From Adineta vaga (taxonomy: Eukaryota > Animalia > Rotifera), in the NCBI GenBank assembly GCA_021613535.1, contig CP075496.1, positions 3,782,001 through 3,846,000 of the forward strand: a stretch of DNA of 64,000 nt. Direction: 5' to 3'. Positions within the stretch are counted from its first letter, which is position 1; each line of letters opens with the position of its first letter. The notes under the pieces were generated by a model. The model searched no databases. It had not been told where the DNA came from and worked only from the letters and a program-made list of their open reading frames with translations. Below are positions 40,151 to 52,629 of the stretch, in pieces. Made by a program: the position numbers and the translations under genes.

Positions 40151-42808
40151 GCTCGTTTTTTACGAATTTCTTCTCTCTGTTTTCATTTACCGTCCGTTCG
40201 TTTGCTCTCGTGCTCTATTATACATAAATTATATATATACATGTTTCTTTTTGTTTCTGTCTTTTCCTTTTTTTTCTCCTCTCTTTCTTTTTTTTCTACT
40301 ATTTCATTCATACAATATTATATACGGTGCTCGTTTACTACCATTGTCCAGCAGATGCGTGCCTTATCATCACGAACGTATCATGGTTCATCAAATCGTT
40401 TTTGTTGTTGTCGTTGTTTTTCTTTTTTTCAACTTTATATTAATGCGAGAAAAGAAACCTACGAAATTCGTACGTGTGAATATGCGAAAAATGAATATAC
40501 TATTCGTTTATGACAATGACAGTGACTAATGTGCGAGGGTAATGATAATAAAAGAAAATATCTAACAAACATTTGTTTGAAAGTCAATGATAGTATATAT
40601 TTATATATGTATTCAATTAAAGAGATTTATTTATGATAATAATTTTACCCAATAGCAATTGATAATTTCGAAAGAAAAGAAAAAACACTTGAAAATATGC
40701 TCGAAGAAAACTATTCGTTCTTTTGTTTCATCTGTTTTTTAGCTTACAGACAGTTTTTATTGACACTTTTTTTGCTAACATTATAGTGATAGAGTACACA
40801 TACACATACACATCTACTATTATTTTCTTTTCTTCTTCTTCTTCTTTTTTTCGCTCTTTCTCATCTGCTCTTTTCTTGAATACGACATACTTATTCATCA
40901 CAAGAATCGATGATCGATAGAGTAATGTTTTTATTAAAGTGTACACGTAAATATTCGATCGAAACATGTCATCCCTATTGGGATCTATATAGGGGAAAGG
41001 TGATGGAAGACAAACAATACCAACTATGCAAGCCATATACACACACATATATGTACATATACTGTGCAGTTGTATTCTCTCATACTTCATATTTTAGAGG
41101 GTTTCTTTTCTTTTTTTTCCTCCTTTCTTGTAACGTTATTAGTTGTGTTCAAAATTCGTAGCAATAGAAGATTTCAAGATGGCATTTCTTTTCTCATCGA
41201 TGTTTATCTTATAAATGGATGTCATATAATGTAAACAATCATGACGTGTATGTCATTGACGTTTTACATACATCGTCAATACGATGAAAACTATCTGATA
41301 ACAAAACGATAGATCGAATTGTTCATTAATCTGTAACGGATTTATCCTATGTTGATAATCATTATGACGATGATGATGACGAAGACCTTCAAATTATCCC
41401 TGAGAAAACATATTAGTTCATTTGATTCATCAATTAATGCATACTAATCAGACTTGTATTGGTATGGAGAAGAAGAAGAAAAATAAAAGAACGTGACATG
41501 GATATCAAATTCTTTTTTGTACTAGAAAAGATAAACTTATCAGGAATCAATCGAAGCCTAGACAGACAAATATTCGATGTAGAGATCATAAACTTTGTAT
41601 CTCTCTCTCTCTCTCTCTATACTTGTTAATAACAAATGATTGTAAACTTTTACAACAGAATTTTTCTCAATGATAATGATGTGATGAAGTGTATATATAT
41701 GCAAAAGTATCCTATACATGATTCTAATGTATAATGAAGGTAATTATACAATAAGTCGTAGAAGATAAAAATGAATCTTCATGATAATTTCGCAGATGTG
41801 TGCAAAATATGAAACTACGAATTAAGATTATATCATCAAAAAAGCACGTGCTGTGAACGTTGAATGAATATGTTAGAGACTTGATGTCATTAGGTGAATG
41901 TTTGATTCGAAAAACGTGATGATACCAGAAAAAGATTGTCGACAAAGATAATCTGATTATCAAGTTATTCATTCGTTCTATGGAAATGAGTCAAGTCAAA
42001 TGAATGAAAAACTTTTTCTCGTCTTTCATGAATGTCAATGAAAGAATGCATTAAATCTAACAGAAAGAAAAATTAATATTACTTAAATGCATTCCATCGT
42101 CTATAGAAAGAAATAGGAAGAAAAAGGACATTTTTGGCTGTAAAAGGTCGACTAGGAATTAGATTACAGAGATATGCAGGAAGGAAGAGTTTTTCAATAA
42201 TAGATATAATGATTTATGGATAAACATCAATTTGATTTACTTATAAACTAATAATTTAATTATTGATCGAATCAAGATGAGTCTGTTCATCATTACATAG
42301 CCAACTAAATATGCAGCTTCTACACGTTTAATCTTGTCCTTGACTAATCGATGATTATGTGGAACTACGTACTAATTTCTAGAAATGTTATTTGAAGATT
42401 ATATGTATCAATTCATAGTAGAAAGTAGTTTATGGAAGGAAGACGATTATGATTAGAATGATGGTGATCATTTTGTTCCTTTGTACGGAATCAAGAACAA
42501 CATATGTATCTGATAGACAATCAAGGCAATCATGATGATAGACATCGAAACATCTTTATCAGAAAAGAGTATTTCTACGGCGAGATCATTGATCGATCGA
42601 TCATAAAATTATGATTGTTATTGTTTTTCTTTTCTCATCATTGATAACTATCTTCCAATAGATGTCAGACATAGAAGAGTTACTTTCTCTTTATTTTATT
42701 GATTGCTCAGTAAATCAACCAATAATGCTTTGAAGAAAATCGTTTGCTGCAAATATATTTACGTACGTCTTGTTTTCGATCTATCATCTGTTTCTTCATC
42801 AGTCAATT

Positions 42809-43471
42809 ATGTCAGATATTTTATTATTTCGTTCGAAAAATCTAAATATACAATCCAAATTTATCAGTCAATTAGAACATGAATTTGCAACTCTTACTCA
42901 ATTTTTATATACAACTGATGTATCGAGTGCCGTGCTTGAGCGTGAAGTATTACCTTACATTGCCAAAAATATTTTTTTCAAAGATCCTTGCCAAGAAATA
43001 AACGGCAAAGAATTATATGCTTTCAGTATTAAAGGCTTTCATCATATGTTTCATTTGACTTTTGATAAATTTCAATTGAATATTAAACTCAACGATGATG
43101 GCAAAACAGGCCGATGTATTATCGATGGTATTGCGAATTTCAAACAATTTTCATGGATTTATACATATCCATTACGTTTAATTGTTGTTTTTGAATTTCG
43201 TTTATTGAATAATCAAAGTATCAATGAACCACAATTTGAAATCTATCGACATGAAGAAATGTGGTTCGTACATTTCTTTTGCATATTGATCATTTGCTTT
43301 TAAAAATAAATTTTTAGGTCACTTGCTGATTTGATCGATGCGATACCTGGAATTGGATGGTTTTATAAAAATATCTTCCGACGAGGTGGTCGTTATTTGT
43401 CCGTAGGAGTTTATGCTTTGAGTTGTTTCATTCATAATAGTTTTGTACAATCGATGAAGAAAAAAGAGTAA
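42809..43471 (+). CDS. SnoaL/NTF2-like (DUF2358-like) protein, intron 43264-43317; HGT candidate
   Basis: IFFKDPCQEINGKELY and, after splicing, IYRHEEMWSLADLIDAIPGIGWFY; ORF intact to TAA at 43469-43471. Confidence 0.7.
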
Positions 43472-43575
43472 TTTTTTATATGCAAAAATACAAACGTTTC
43501 TTTTTTTTATATTTTGAAAATTGAAGATAACATTTTTGGATTTTTATTTTAGATGATCCTAATTTTTAGACAATT

Positions 43576-45163
43576 ATGAATAATGTAGACGAGGTTTGTT
43601 TATTAGCATATATTCGAATTAAAATATTTATTGAATATTTATATTTTTCTAGTTGTTAGCGTGTTTTTATTGTGAAGGATATTATACTCGATGTTTTGGT
43701 GATCCAATATGTCGAATATGTCATGCATTTATCTATCCATATGAAATTGATCAACAGCAAGAACCAAACGTTTGCGAAGATGTAAGTTTATCAACGAATT
43801 TTGATAGAAAACAATTATATAGATTCATTTATAGAAAGGTGAAGCAGATGATTCTGGAAATGAAGATACTGATGATGGATATCCTTGTCCATTGGGTTCA
43901 AGTAGACCTCCGAAAAAGTCTCTACTAAATACAAACATGGATTCTTCTGTATCAGCAACAACGACAACAGCGGGAAATAATTCTGTTGTATCGTCTGTAT
44001 CTAATAATAGACGAAATGATTTATTGAATGAGTTGTTACTTGAATTAACAGCAGCAAATGTGATATGGAATGATCATACGTCTTATTTAAGTGAATTACC
44101 ACCAGAAGTGATGTTGACAATTATGAAATGTATGGATGATTTGAGTATTTATGCGTTAGCAAAAGCTTCGAATCGTTGGAAACAATTGATTGATTCTACA
44201 GTTGATTGGAAACAATTTATTCGAACACGTTGGCCACTTTTCCCATTATCTGATGATGATCAGACAACAAATCTTAGCCGAATCTATGATCAATTGTAAA
44301 TAAGAAGTTTTTTTTTGATTTCTAAATCGAATTAGTGAAATTTCTCTTTCAGAATTCGAAGTTCGAGTTGTTTTATATGTCTAAGTGATACTGGAATTCG
44401 AGTAAATATAAAATGAAATCAATGAATATGATCTTATTTATATTGAAATTTGATTGTTTTTAGTTTGAAAATAATGGTCAAATGCAACCAACATTATGGA
44501 GACATCGACGGTTACAAAGTGAAATTCGTGCTCTTAGAGTAGGTTGTTTAATTTTGTTTTTCTTTTCAACGATAATAGTTTTAATCAGTATTGGAATCGT
44601 TATTCTATTTAGGACGATCCACCTGATGGAATTCGTGCTGAACCATTAGATTCATCATGTTGTCATTGGCATGCTTCTATTTGGGGTCCTAGTTCATCAC
44701 CTTATGAAGGTTGTTATTTTCTTTTAAGGATTCTTCTAAATCTAAATTTGCATTTCTTGCTTAGGTGGTGTTTTTTATTTGTATTTACATATTCCACAAT
44801 CGTAAGTCTTTGTAATTTATTTTGAAATTCAAAGCTAGAAAGATCGTTATTGTCTATTTTAGCTATCCAATGATTCCTCCAGTCGTACGATTTATTACCA
44901 AAATTTTTCATCCGAATATAAATATTCATGGTGATATTGGTTTGGATTCATTTGGTTCTAATTGGAGTTTAGCATTAACAATATCCAAAGTGTTGATATC
45001 AGTTCAATCATTGTTAAGTGATCCTTATTCACATATCTGTATGAATCGTCAAGCAGCTGATTTATATACAAATGATCGTGAACAATATGAACAAAAAGCA
45101 CGGCGATGGACATGGGCATATGCTATGCATGACTATATCAATGGAGATGAAATTGAAATTTAA
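43576..45163 (+). CDS. morgue: Morgue-like protein: zinc finger + F-box + UBC-variant domain
   Basis: CFYCEGYY...CRICH zinc finger, F-box LSELPPEVMLTIMKCMD, and UBC fold GPSSSPYEGGVF...FHPNINIHGDIGLD with Gly at the catalytic Cys position, as in Drosophila Morgue. Confidence 0.88.
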
Positions 45164-45271
45164 AAAAAAAAGAGAGAATTCTTTTTTTTTCTTTGTTATT
45201 TATTCTTATTCTTTTTTGCTGTTACTATTATTATTATTATTATTATGAATAATGTTTTTTTTTCGTTTTAG

Positions 45272-47530
45272 ATGTCTCATAATTTGTCAGATGCTGGTCG
45301 TTTCCTACGTGGATTGACTCAAGTTAGTCGACAAATTGTCAATCAAACAACTCGATCAAGTGATCCTCGTCGACGTCCATCTGCTGTACTAGAACCATTC
45401 GTTGGACTAATATCTACTGGTATAACACGTTTGGGTACCGTGAGTATCACCAATGTTATATCTAAAACAGTATGGAAATCAAGTGTACTTGTTCGACAAA
45501 CTGGTATTGCTGCAACGAATGCTCTTCGATCGACACCAATTACTTCATCCTCAATGCCACCGGTAACAACTATAACTCGACCATCTGAAGATACTATTTC
45601 GATTCCATCTCATGCTAAAATCGAACCTACGACAGTTACAACAACAATAACTTTATCGAAAGATAAACTTTCACCTACAACTTCTTCTGAAATAAATGTA
45701 TTATCAACTAATCATTTGGTTTCAAATAAAGTTCCAATTCCTACATATCCAGAAAGAGAGACATCAATAGTGAAACCATCAACTACTCTCGCAGACGATA
45801 AAATTCCAATTCCATCTCAACCTAAACTTGATTTTCCTATTGAAACAAAACTACCTATTATTGAACCATCCATATCAACGAAAACACCAGATTCTATTTC
45901 ATATCCTTCCATTGATAGGACAACTGAACCAATAAGATCAAAATTTGAAACTTTAAAAGTCGAACCAACTTTTTTCACATCTTCTACCGTAGATGAATCA
46001 CGTGCACCATTAACAATAGAAGAAAATCAACCTTTGATTTCTGCTCCACCATCACAAAATACCGAAGCTCAAGCACGTGCTGTACCAACATCACGAATTG
46101 GTCGATTAGCAAGTTTTGGTTCGTTAGCTGCCGGTCTCGGTGTTGGTGCTCTAGGTTCTATGGTTCGACGTTCAGTTGGACTTGAACAAACATCGTCTTC
46201 GCAAGGATCTCTTTCACCATATTTATCAAAAGCAAATGCTGAACGTATCGTCGATACATTATGTAAAGTACGTGGTGCTGCACTTAAATTAGGTCAAATG
46301 ATCAGTATTCAAGGTAGAGATGGAAAAATTCATTTCTTCATTCAATGTATCAATCATATTTTCGTTTTACTGTAGATAATTTTCTTGTTCAAGATGATAT
46401 TCAAAAGATATTCGAGCGTGTTCGACAAAAAGCCGATTTTATGCCTGAATGGCAAATGAATGAAGTAATGACGAATGATTTTGGTTCCAATTGGCGTGAT
46501 AATTTTGAAGAATTTCAAAATCGTCCTTTCGCAGCAGCTAGGTTCGATACATTCATATCTTTCTCTTCAAAAAAAAGAAAAGAAATTCTCACCAGCATTT
46601 TTTTTATCTTTTAGTATTGGTCAAGTTCATTATGGTGTTTTAAAGAATAGTAAACAAAGTGTTGCTATTAAAATTCAATATCCCGGTGTTGGAAAATCAA
46701 TTGAAAGTGATATTAATAATTTAATCACATTACTCAATTTTTGGAATATTCTACCACGTGGTTTATATATCGAAAGTGTCATCAAAGTTGCTAAACGTGA
46801 ATTAAATTGGGAAGTTGATTATATTCGTGAAGCTGAATGGGGACGTCGCTTTAAAAATTGGCTTATCAATCGTCCGACATTTCATATTCCAGACATCATC
46901 GATAGTTTATCATCGAAAAATGTTCTTACAACTACATTTTTTGATGGAATTACTCTAGATAATGCTGTAAATGAAAATCAAGCTATTCGTGATCGTATTG
47001 GCACAGCGATATTAGAATTATGTTTATTAGAATTATTTAAATTCAAAGCCATGCAAACAGATCCAAATTGGTCTAATTTTCTTTTCAATTCTACAACGAA
47101 AACAATTGGTCTCATCGATTTCGGTGCATCACGCGATTTCGATCCGAAATTTATCGATAATTATATCAAAATTATTCGTGCTGCTGCTGATAACGATCGT
47201 GAACGGATTAAAGAACTATCGATTCAAGGTGGTTTTCTTACTGGATATGAAACACGTGAAATGATCCAAGCACATGTTGATGCTGTGATGATTTTAGGTG
47301 AAGGGTTTCGTCGAGATGATGTATTCGATTTTGGTTCACAAAATACAACGCATAGTATTCATAAATTAATTCCAACAATGCTTAAACATCGTTTAACACC
47401 ACCACCAGAAGATTCTTATTCATTACATAGAAAGATGTCCGGTGCATTTCTACTCTGTTCAAAGTTACGCTCTCGAGTTTATTGTAAACCACTTTTCGAA
47501 CGTATATGGAAAGAGTATAATGCATCATAA
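45272..47530 (+). CDS. COQ8: Atypical kinase COQ8 (ADCK3/4), ubiquinone biosynthesis
   Basis: [18 protein letters not shown] (KxGQ motif), [38 protein letters not shown] and SLHRKMSG. Confidence 0.95.
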
Positions 47531-47660
47531 ATTGTTATTGTCATCATGTTTTTTTACACAAGCTTTCAGTATGTCTGTTTTTTTTGTAATCTAGGAAATA
47601 AATCTAGCTGATATTTGATTGTTATTGCTTATTTATTGAATATTATTTTAGATTATTTCA

Positions 47661-48721
47661 ATGATCTACTTATTACGCCAAACATGTCCACTGATATTAC
47701 GTTCGTCAATTATTCGTATTACAACAACATCTATATCTAATCAATATCAACATAGAAAAACTATCTCATCTTTTCCACAATCGAAAGATATTTTTCATAT
47801 TGTACCTAAACCGATCCAGCCTTACCTTCGTTTAAGTCGCATCGATAAACCAGTTGGATCATGGTTATTATATCTACCTGGTGCATGGAGTATTGCATTT
47901 GCTGGTTCAACATTAAATAACTTTGCATTAATGGGTTTATTTGGTCTTGGTACTATTTTGATGAGAGGTGCTGGATGTACAATCAATGATCTTTGGGATA
48001 GAAATTTTGATCGACAAGTCGAACGAACAAAATCACGACCTATTGCAAGTGGTGAAATCACTAGTCGACAAGCATTGATATGGGCAGGTGTACAATTATC
48101 TTTAAGTTTTTTAATATTAATTCAATTGAATATTCCTTCAATTGTTCTTGGAATAATCTCATTAGTTCCTGTAGTGATCTATCCTTTGATGAAACGATTT
48201 ACTTATTGGCCACAATTATTTCTTGGAATAACATTTAATTGGTAGCAACATTATATTATATTTTATTTAGAATTATAACATAAATTCTTTCTTTACTAAG
48301 GGGTGCATTGATGGGGTTTACAGCGGCTACAGGTCTTGTTTTTCCATCAGTGATCCTTCCATTATACTTTGCCGGTATTGCTTGGACACTTCATTACGAT
48401 ACAATTTATGCGCATCAAGATAAAACAGATGATTTACTTGTTGGAATTAAATCGACAGCATTACGTCTTGGAAAAGAAACCAAATTATGGTTACGTGCTT
48501 TTTCTATTGGCATGATGTCGCATTTAATTACTGTTGGTTTAAGTGTTGATCAAACATGGCCATATTATTTAGGTTTAATCGGAGCTAGTTATCATCTTCA
48601 TAAACAAATTGAAACAGTCAGTTTAAATAAAACAGATTCATGTTGGAAGGCATTTGCAGCCAATCGTACTACTGGTTTGATAATTCTTGCTAGTATTTTA
48701 GTTGGAAATTGTTTAAAATAG
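47661..48721 (+). CDS. COQ2: 4-hydroxybenzoate polyprenyltransferase (intron ~48242-48300)
   Basis: RIDKPVGSWLL, MRGAGCTINDLWDRNFDRQVERTKSRPIASG, YPLMKRFTYWPQ and YDTIYAHQDKTDD. Confidence 0.95.
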
Positions 48722-48764
48722 CTGTGATAAATAATCTCGTTCGCTTAGTTTTGTTTATTTCTAG

Positions 48765-49533
48765 ATGAATTTATTAAGATCAATTGTTCAACCATCGCGA
48801 GTTAATTTATTCGCAATTCCTCAACGGTAATTATAAATAATCCTTTTTTTCCAATTTAGTTGCTAGAGTAATCAGTAATAATGTTTTGATTTATTCTTTT
48901 AGAACGTTATTCGATGTTCAAAATATTTGGGGTCGCACGACTGTCGATACACAAAAACCACTTGATTCAGCTCCAATAAGTGAAATGCCACGACAAGATG
49001 TAAATCAATTTATTTCATATCTATTTTCACAACCGTTGATCGAAATTTATATATATATATATATAGGAATCAATTGGTCCTTTGTCAGGTGTTCCTCAAA
49101 ATATTTTTAAAGAACGTCGTTGTCGTATATTTGTACCCGCACGTGCTGCAACTCAATCAGGTACAAATAATACCAAGAAATGGAAAATTGAATGGGATAC
49201 AAAGGAACGTTGGGAAAATCCATTAATGGGTTGGGCATCATCGTAAGAATTAGTTTTGCAAACCTTTTTATCAACTATTATTTTCTCTATGAATAGTGCT
49301 GATCCACATTCATCATTAATGGTCGATTTTGCTAGTAAAGAAGATGCGATGATTTATTGTGAGCGTATGGGTACGTAGTTCTATTTATTATTCATGACCA
49401 TATGCCTGATTGTATTCATTTCACTCTAGGTTATAAATATGAAATAGTTGAACCACCTTCACATCCTCGTTTCCGAAAGACTTATGGCGCAAACTTTTCA
49501 TGGAACAAGAAAACACGTGTATCAACAAAATAA
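48765..49533 (+). CDS. NDUFS4: NADH dehydrogenase (ubiquinone) Fe-S protein 4, multi-exon
   Basis: Spliced exons give SGVP...[40 protein letters not shown] and [16 protein letters not shown]. Confidence 0.93.
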
Positions 49534-49784
49534 AATTAGACATGAAGATTTCGTTTTTTCATCCTCCTTTTACTTTACTGTAAAAAATAAATTAGTTATC
49601 AAACTGTCCCATTATTGATCGAATAGTTCATGCGAATTCTATCAGCTGGTGATTTCTTTTGAAAAGATTCTTGATTTGACAGAAAGTAGATTGTTATCGA
49701 CATGACAAAACATTTTCTCTTATCTCACGTTTGGTAATGATAACAACAAAAACAAATTTTTCTTTATTTCTAGATTTTGTCCTT

Positions 49785-51371
49785 ATGAAGAATAGTTTAT
49801 TATTTCGAACGGCTCTTGCCGTTTGTTTTTTTGTTTCAATTTTTGCCACTTTAACTAAAAAGTAAGATTTTAATCATAATCATGTTTTCTTTTGACAAAT
49901 TTTCATAATTTAGTTATGAGATTTCGGATGGAAAATTGGAAAGTCTTTTCAAGTAAGTTTTCATACTAATATTGATGTCATTGATTACAAGCATTGCTAT
50001 TTTCAAGGAATTGGCTGGATAAAAGTGGACGAGAATATAAATCATTTTCCGAATATCAACAACGAATGAGTATTTTCAAACAAAATTATATTCTTATTCA
50101 AAAGATGAATGAAGTTTACGGGTAAAACAATTGCAATGTATATGTAAATACATATTCTCAGTAATTTCGTGTATGTTAATAGACATGACATGACATTTGA
50201 ATTGAACAAATTTGCTGATTTAACTGAAGATGAATTTCGCAATACAATCTTAATGCGTCCTCAAGCACCACCTATACACTCACATAAAAAGTTATATATT
50301 GTTCATCTGATGCGATAAATATTCATTCGATTGTTTTCTATCGTAGATTTATGAAAGTTTCAAATATTGGAGATTTACCTGATTCGTTCGATTGGCGTGA
50401 TCATAATGCAGTTACTGCAGTAAAAGATCAAGGTATGATTGGAAAAAAATTGAAAGAACGATTTACTCAGTATAGATGTGAATTTACAGGATCGGTTGGT
50501 ACATGTTGGGCATTTTCAACTGTTCAAAATGTCGAAGGTCAATGGTCTTTAAAAAGTAAAACATTAACAAATTTATCTGTTGAACAAATTGTCGATTGTG
50601 ATGGCATGCAAAAAATCGATTCGTTCGTATATTGAACATTAATAAATGACAATACTATTCGAATTCTTTCTATTTAGAGCACAAGCAGATTGCGGAGTTT
50701 ATGGCGGTTGGCCATTTCTTAGTTTTCAATATTTAATTCAACAGGTAAATGTTAATTTTTCTTAGAAATCTTTTATAGAAAAAAAAATAAACCAAACATA
50801 TTTATTAGGGTGGTATTGCATCAGAAGCATCCTATCCTTATTGTGCCGGATTGAAAACTCCATGTGAACCATGTAATGCTCCAGGATATAATAAAACTTT
50901 ATGCGGTCCTCCAATTCCATTTTGTTATATAAAAGATAGTTGTGAAAGTAAATTAAATCCATCAGAATTTGTACCTGATCTTAAAATAGTCGATTGGAAA
51001 GCAATTAATGAAGTAAAATAGATCATTCAACTCTACAAATTGATAAGATGAATGTCGTTTTTTTCTCTTCTCTAAAGGATGAAACAGCAATTGCAACAGC
51101 TTTAATGACAACTGGCCCATTATCAGTTGCTCTCAATGCTGAATTATTACAATTCTATCATAAAGGAATATTTAATCCAATCTTCTGTAATCCTAAAAAT
51201 CTTGATCATGCTGTACTTCTTGTTGGTTGGGGAACTGAAGGATCGAAAGCTTATTGGATTGTTAAAAATAGTTGGGGCGTTAATTGGGGTGAACATGGCT
51301 ATTTTCGTATTTTACGTGGTAAAGGTGTATGTGGAATCAATACTCAAGTTACCACTGCTGTTCTTGGTTAA
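49785..51371 (+). CDS. Papain-family (C1A) cathepsin L-like cysteine protease, multi-exon
   Basis: Signal peptide, ERFNIN-like I29 propeptide, NKFADLT, LPDSFDWR, QGSVGTCWAFS, LDHAVLLVG and YWIVKNSWG. Confidence 0.92.
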
Positions 51372-51558
51372 ACTTTAAAGAAAAAAACATTCATGTCTTT
51401 GTCTTTCATTTGTATAAATCAACTTCATTATATTGGTAATTCAAGCAAAAAAATTGTATTGAAATGTATTTTGATAATTATTAAATAAAAAAAAACACCA
51501 TATATAAATATATATATATATATAGATTTCATTTTGTCTATTATTAAATATTTTTTTG

Positions 51559-52629
51559 CTATGAACAGAGTAGACGAATACTATCATTTGGTGTAAAGAA
51601 TGCTACAACGACTCTCCATGGTAACGAACATACTCGAAGATCAATTGGACATCGATCGATTGTATTGGTACGATAGTGTTCTAATGCAAGTTGATGATGA
51701 TCACAATTTAATATTAAAGAAAGTTCATCACCTTCACAAAAGAGTTCCTTAATTTTACCAGATCCGCCGACTTTTCGACTTTTGACAACACGTATATCCG
51801 GTGTTAACCAACCGTACAAAGATGGCGATTTAAAAGCAGAACGATTCATGTGTTCGAAAGAATCAATAATTCCAAGGAAAAGAAGTTTATTTGTTTTTTG
51901 TTCAATTCGAAATCGAATTTCTGATCTTCCAGAAAGATATGATTTTGTTAAATAAACCATTGTACTACGACGACAATCACCGGAATGTTTTGCAACAAGA
52001 TGATTTTCTACAAATGTTGCATAGCCAATAAAATTCTCGAAATTTTGAGAAACGGGTACAATCGATGATTGACATGTTAAAAAACATTGATCGGATGTGT
52101 GAAGAAAATTATTTTTATCTCTAACTTTAATCATTCGAATTGATGTTGAAAGATTTTCATCTTCTGAAATTTCAATAATTGGCGGATTTTCTAACATTTT
52201 ACGAAGTTCACGTAATCGTTCAATCCAAAGATGAAAATCAATTTCCGTATAATCACCTGATTCTCGACTTGAATGTAATTCTTCAGTTAATTTATTACAA
52301 ATACTCGATATTTGACTTTTATTTTTATCTAAATGTTGTCGAAGATCAAATCGAGCTTGTTGAGCAATTTGTTGAATTCGTAACATCGACTCTTGTTCCC
52401 AGACATGAATACGATTGAAAAGAAGATGATGATGATCATTATCTTCACGAAGTAAATCTCGTCGAAGAAGATCATACTCTTGACCAATGTTATCCATCTC
52501 AACTGAAAGATCCTGTCGATGATCATTGATATGTTTCGCACAAAATGATTGCTGACATCCATCACATGTAAGAATACTAATATTTTTATTACATTTAGCA
52601 CATGGTTTTTTCAAATTACTTGATGCCAT
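51559..52629 (-). CDS. Intronless B-box-like zinc finger + coiled-coil + SPRY/NHR-like protein (lineage-expanded type)
   Basis: CAKC...CDGCQQSFCAKHINDHR, a coiled coil, and a beta-rich C-terminus (IRFRIEQ...LFLGII...YGW...GDELSLILNC). Confidence 0.75.
   Translation of the reverse strand: MASSNLKKPCAKCNKNISILTCDGCQQSFCAKHINDHRQDLSVEMDNIGQEYDLLRRDLLREDNDHHHLLFNRIHVWEQESMLRIQQIAQQARFDLRQHLDKNKSQISSICNKLTEELHSSRESGDYTEIDFHLWIERLRELRKMLENPPIIEISEDENLSTSIRMIKVRDKNNFLHTSDQCFLTCQSSIVPVSQNFENFIGYATFVENHLVAKHSGDCRRSTMVYLTKSYLSGRSEIRFRIEQKTNKLLFLGIIDSFEHMNRSAFKSPSLYGWLTPDIRVVKSRKVGGSGKIKELFCEGDELSLILNCDHHQLALEHYRTNTIDRCPIDLRVCSLPWRVVVAFFTPNDSIRLLCS

Noticed and set aside
40598-40634. AU-rich elements downstream of ZFP36L suggesting autoregulation
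   Set aside because: TATTTAT is common at this AT content and the sites lie beyond an AATAAA at ~40547.
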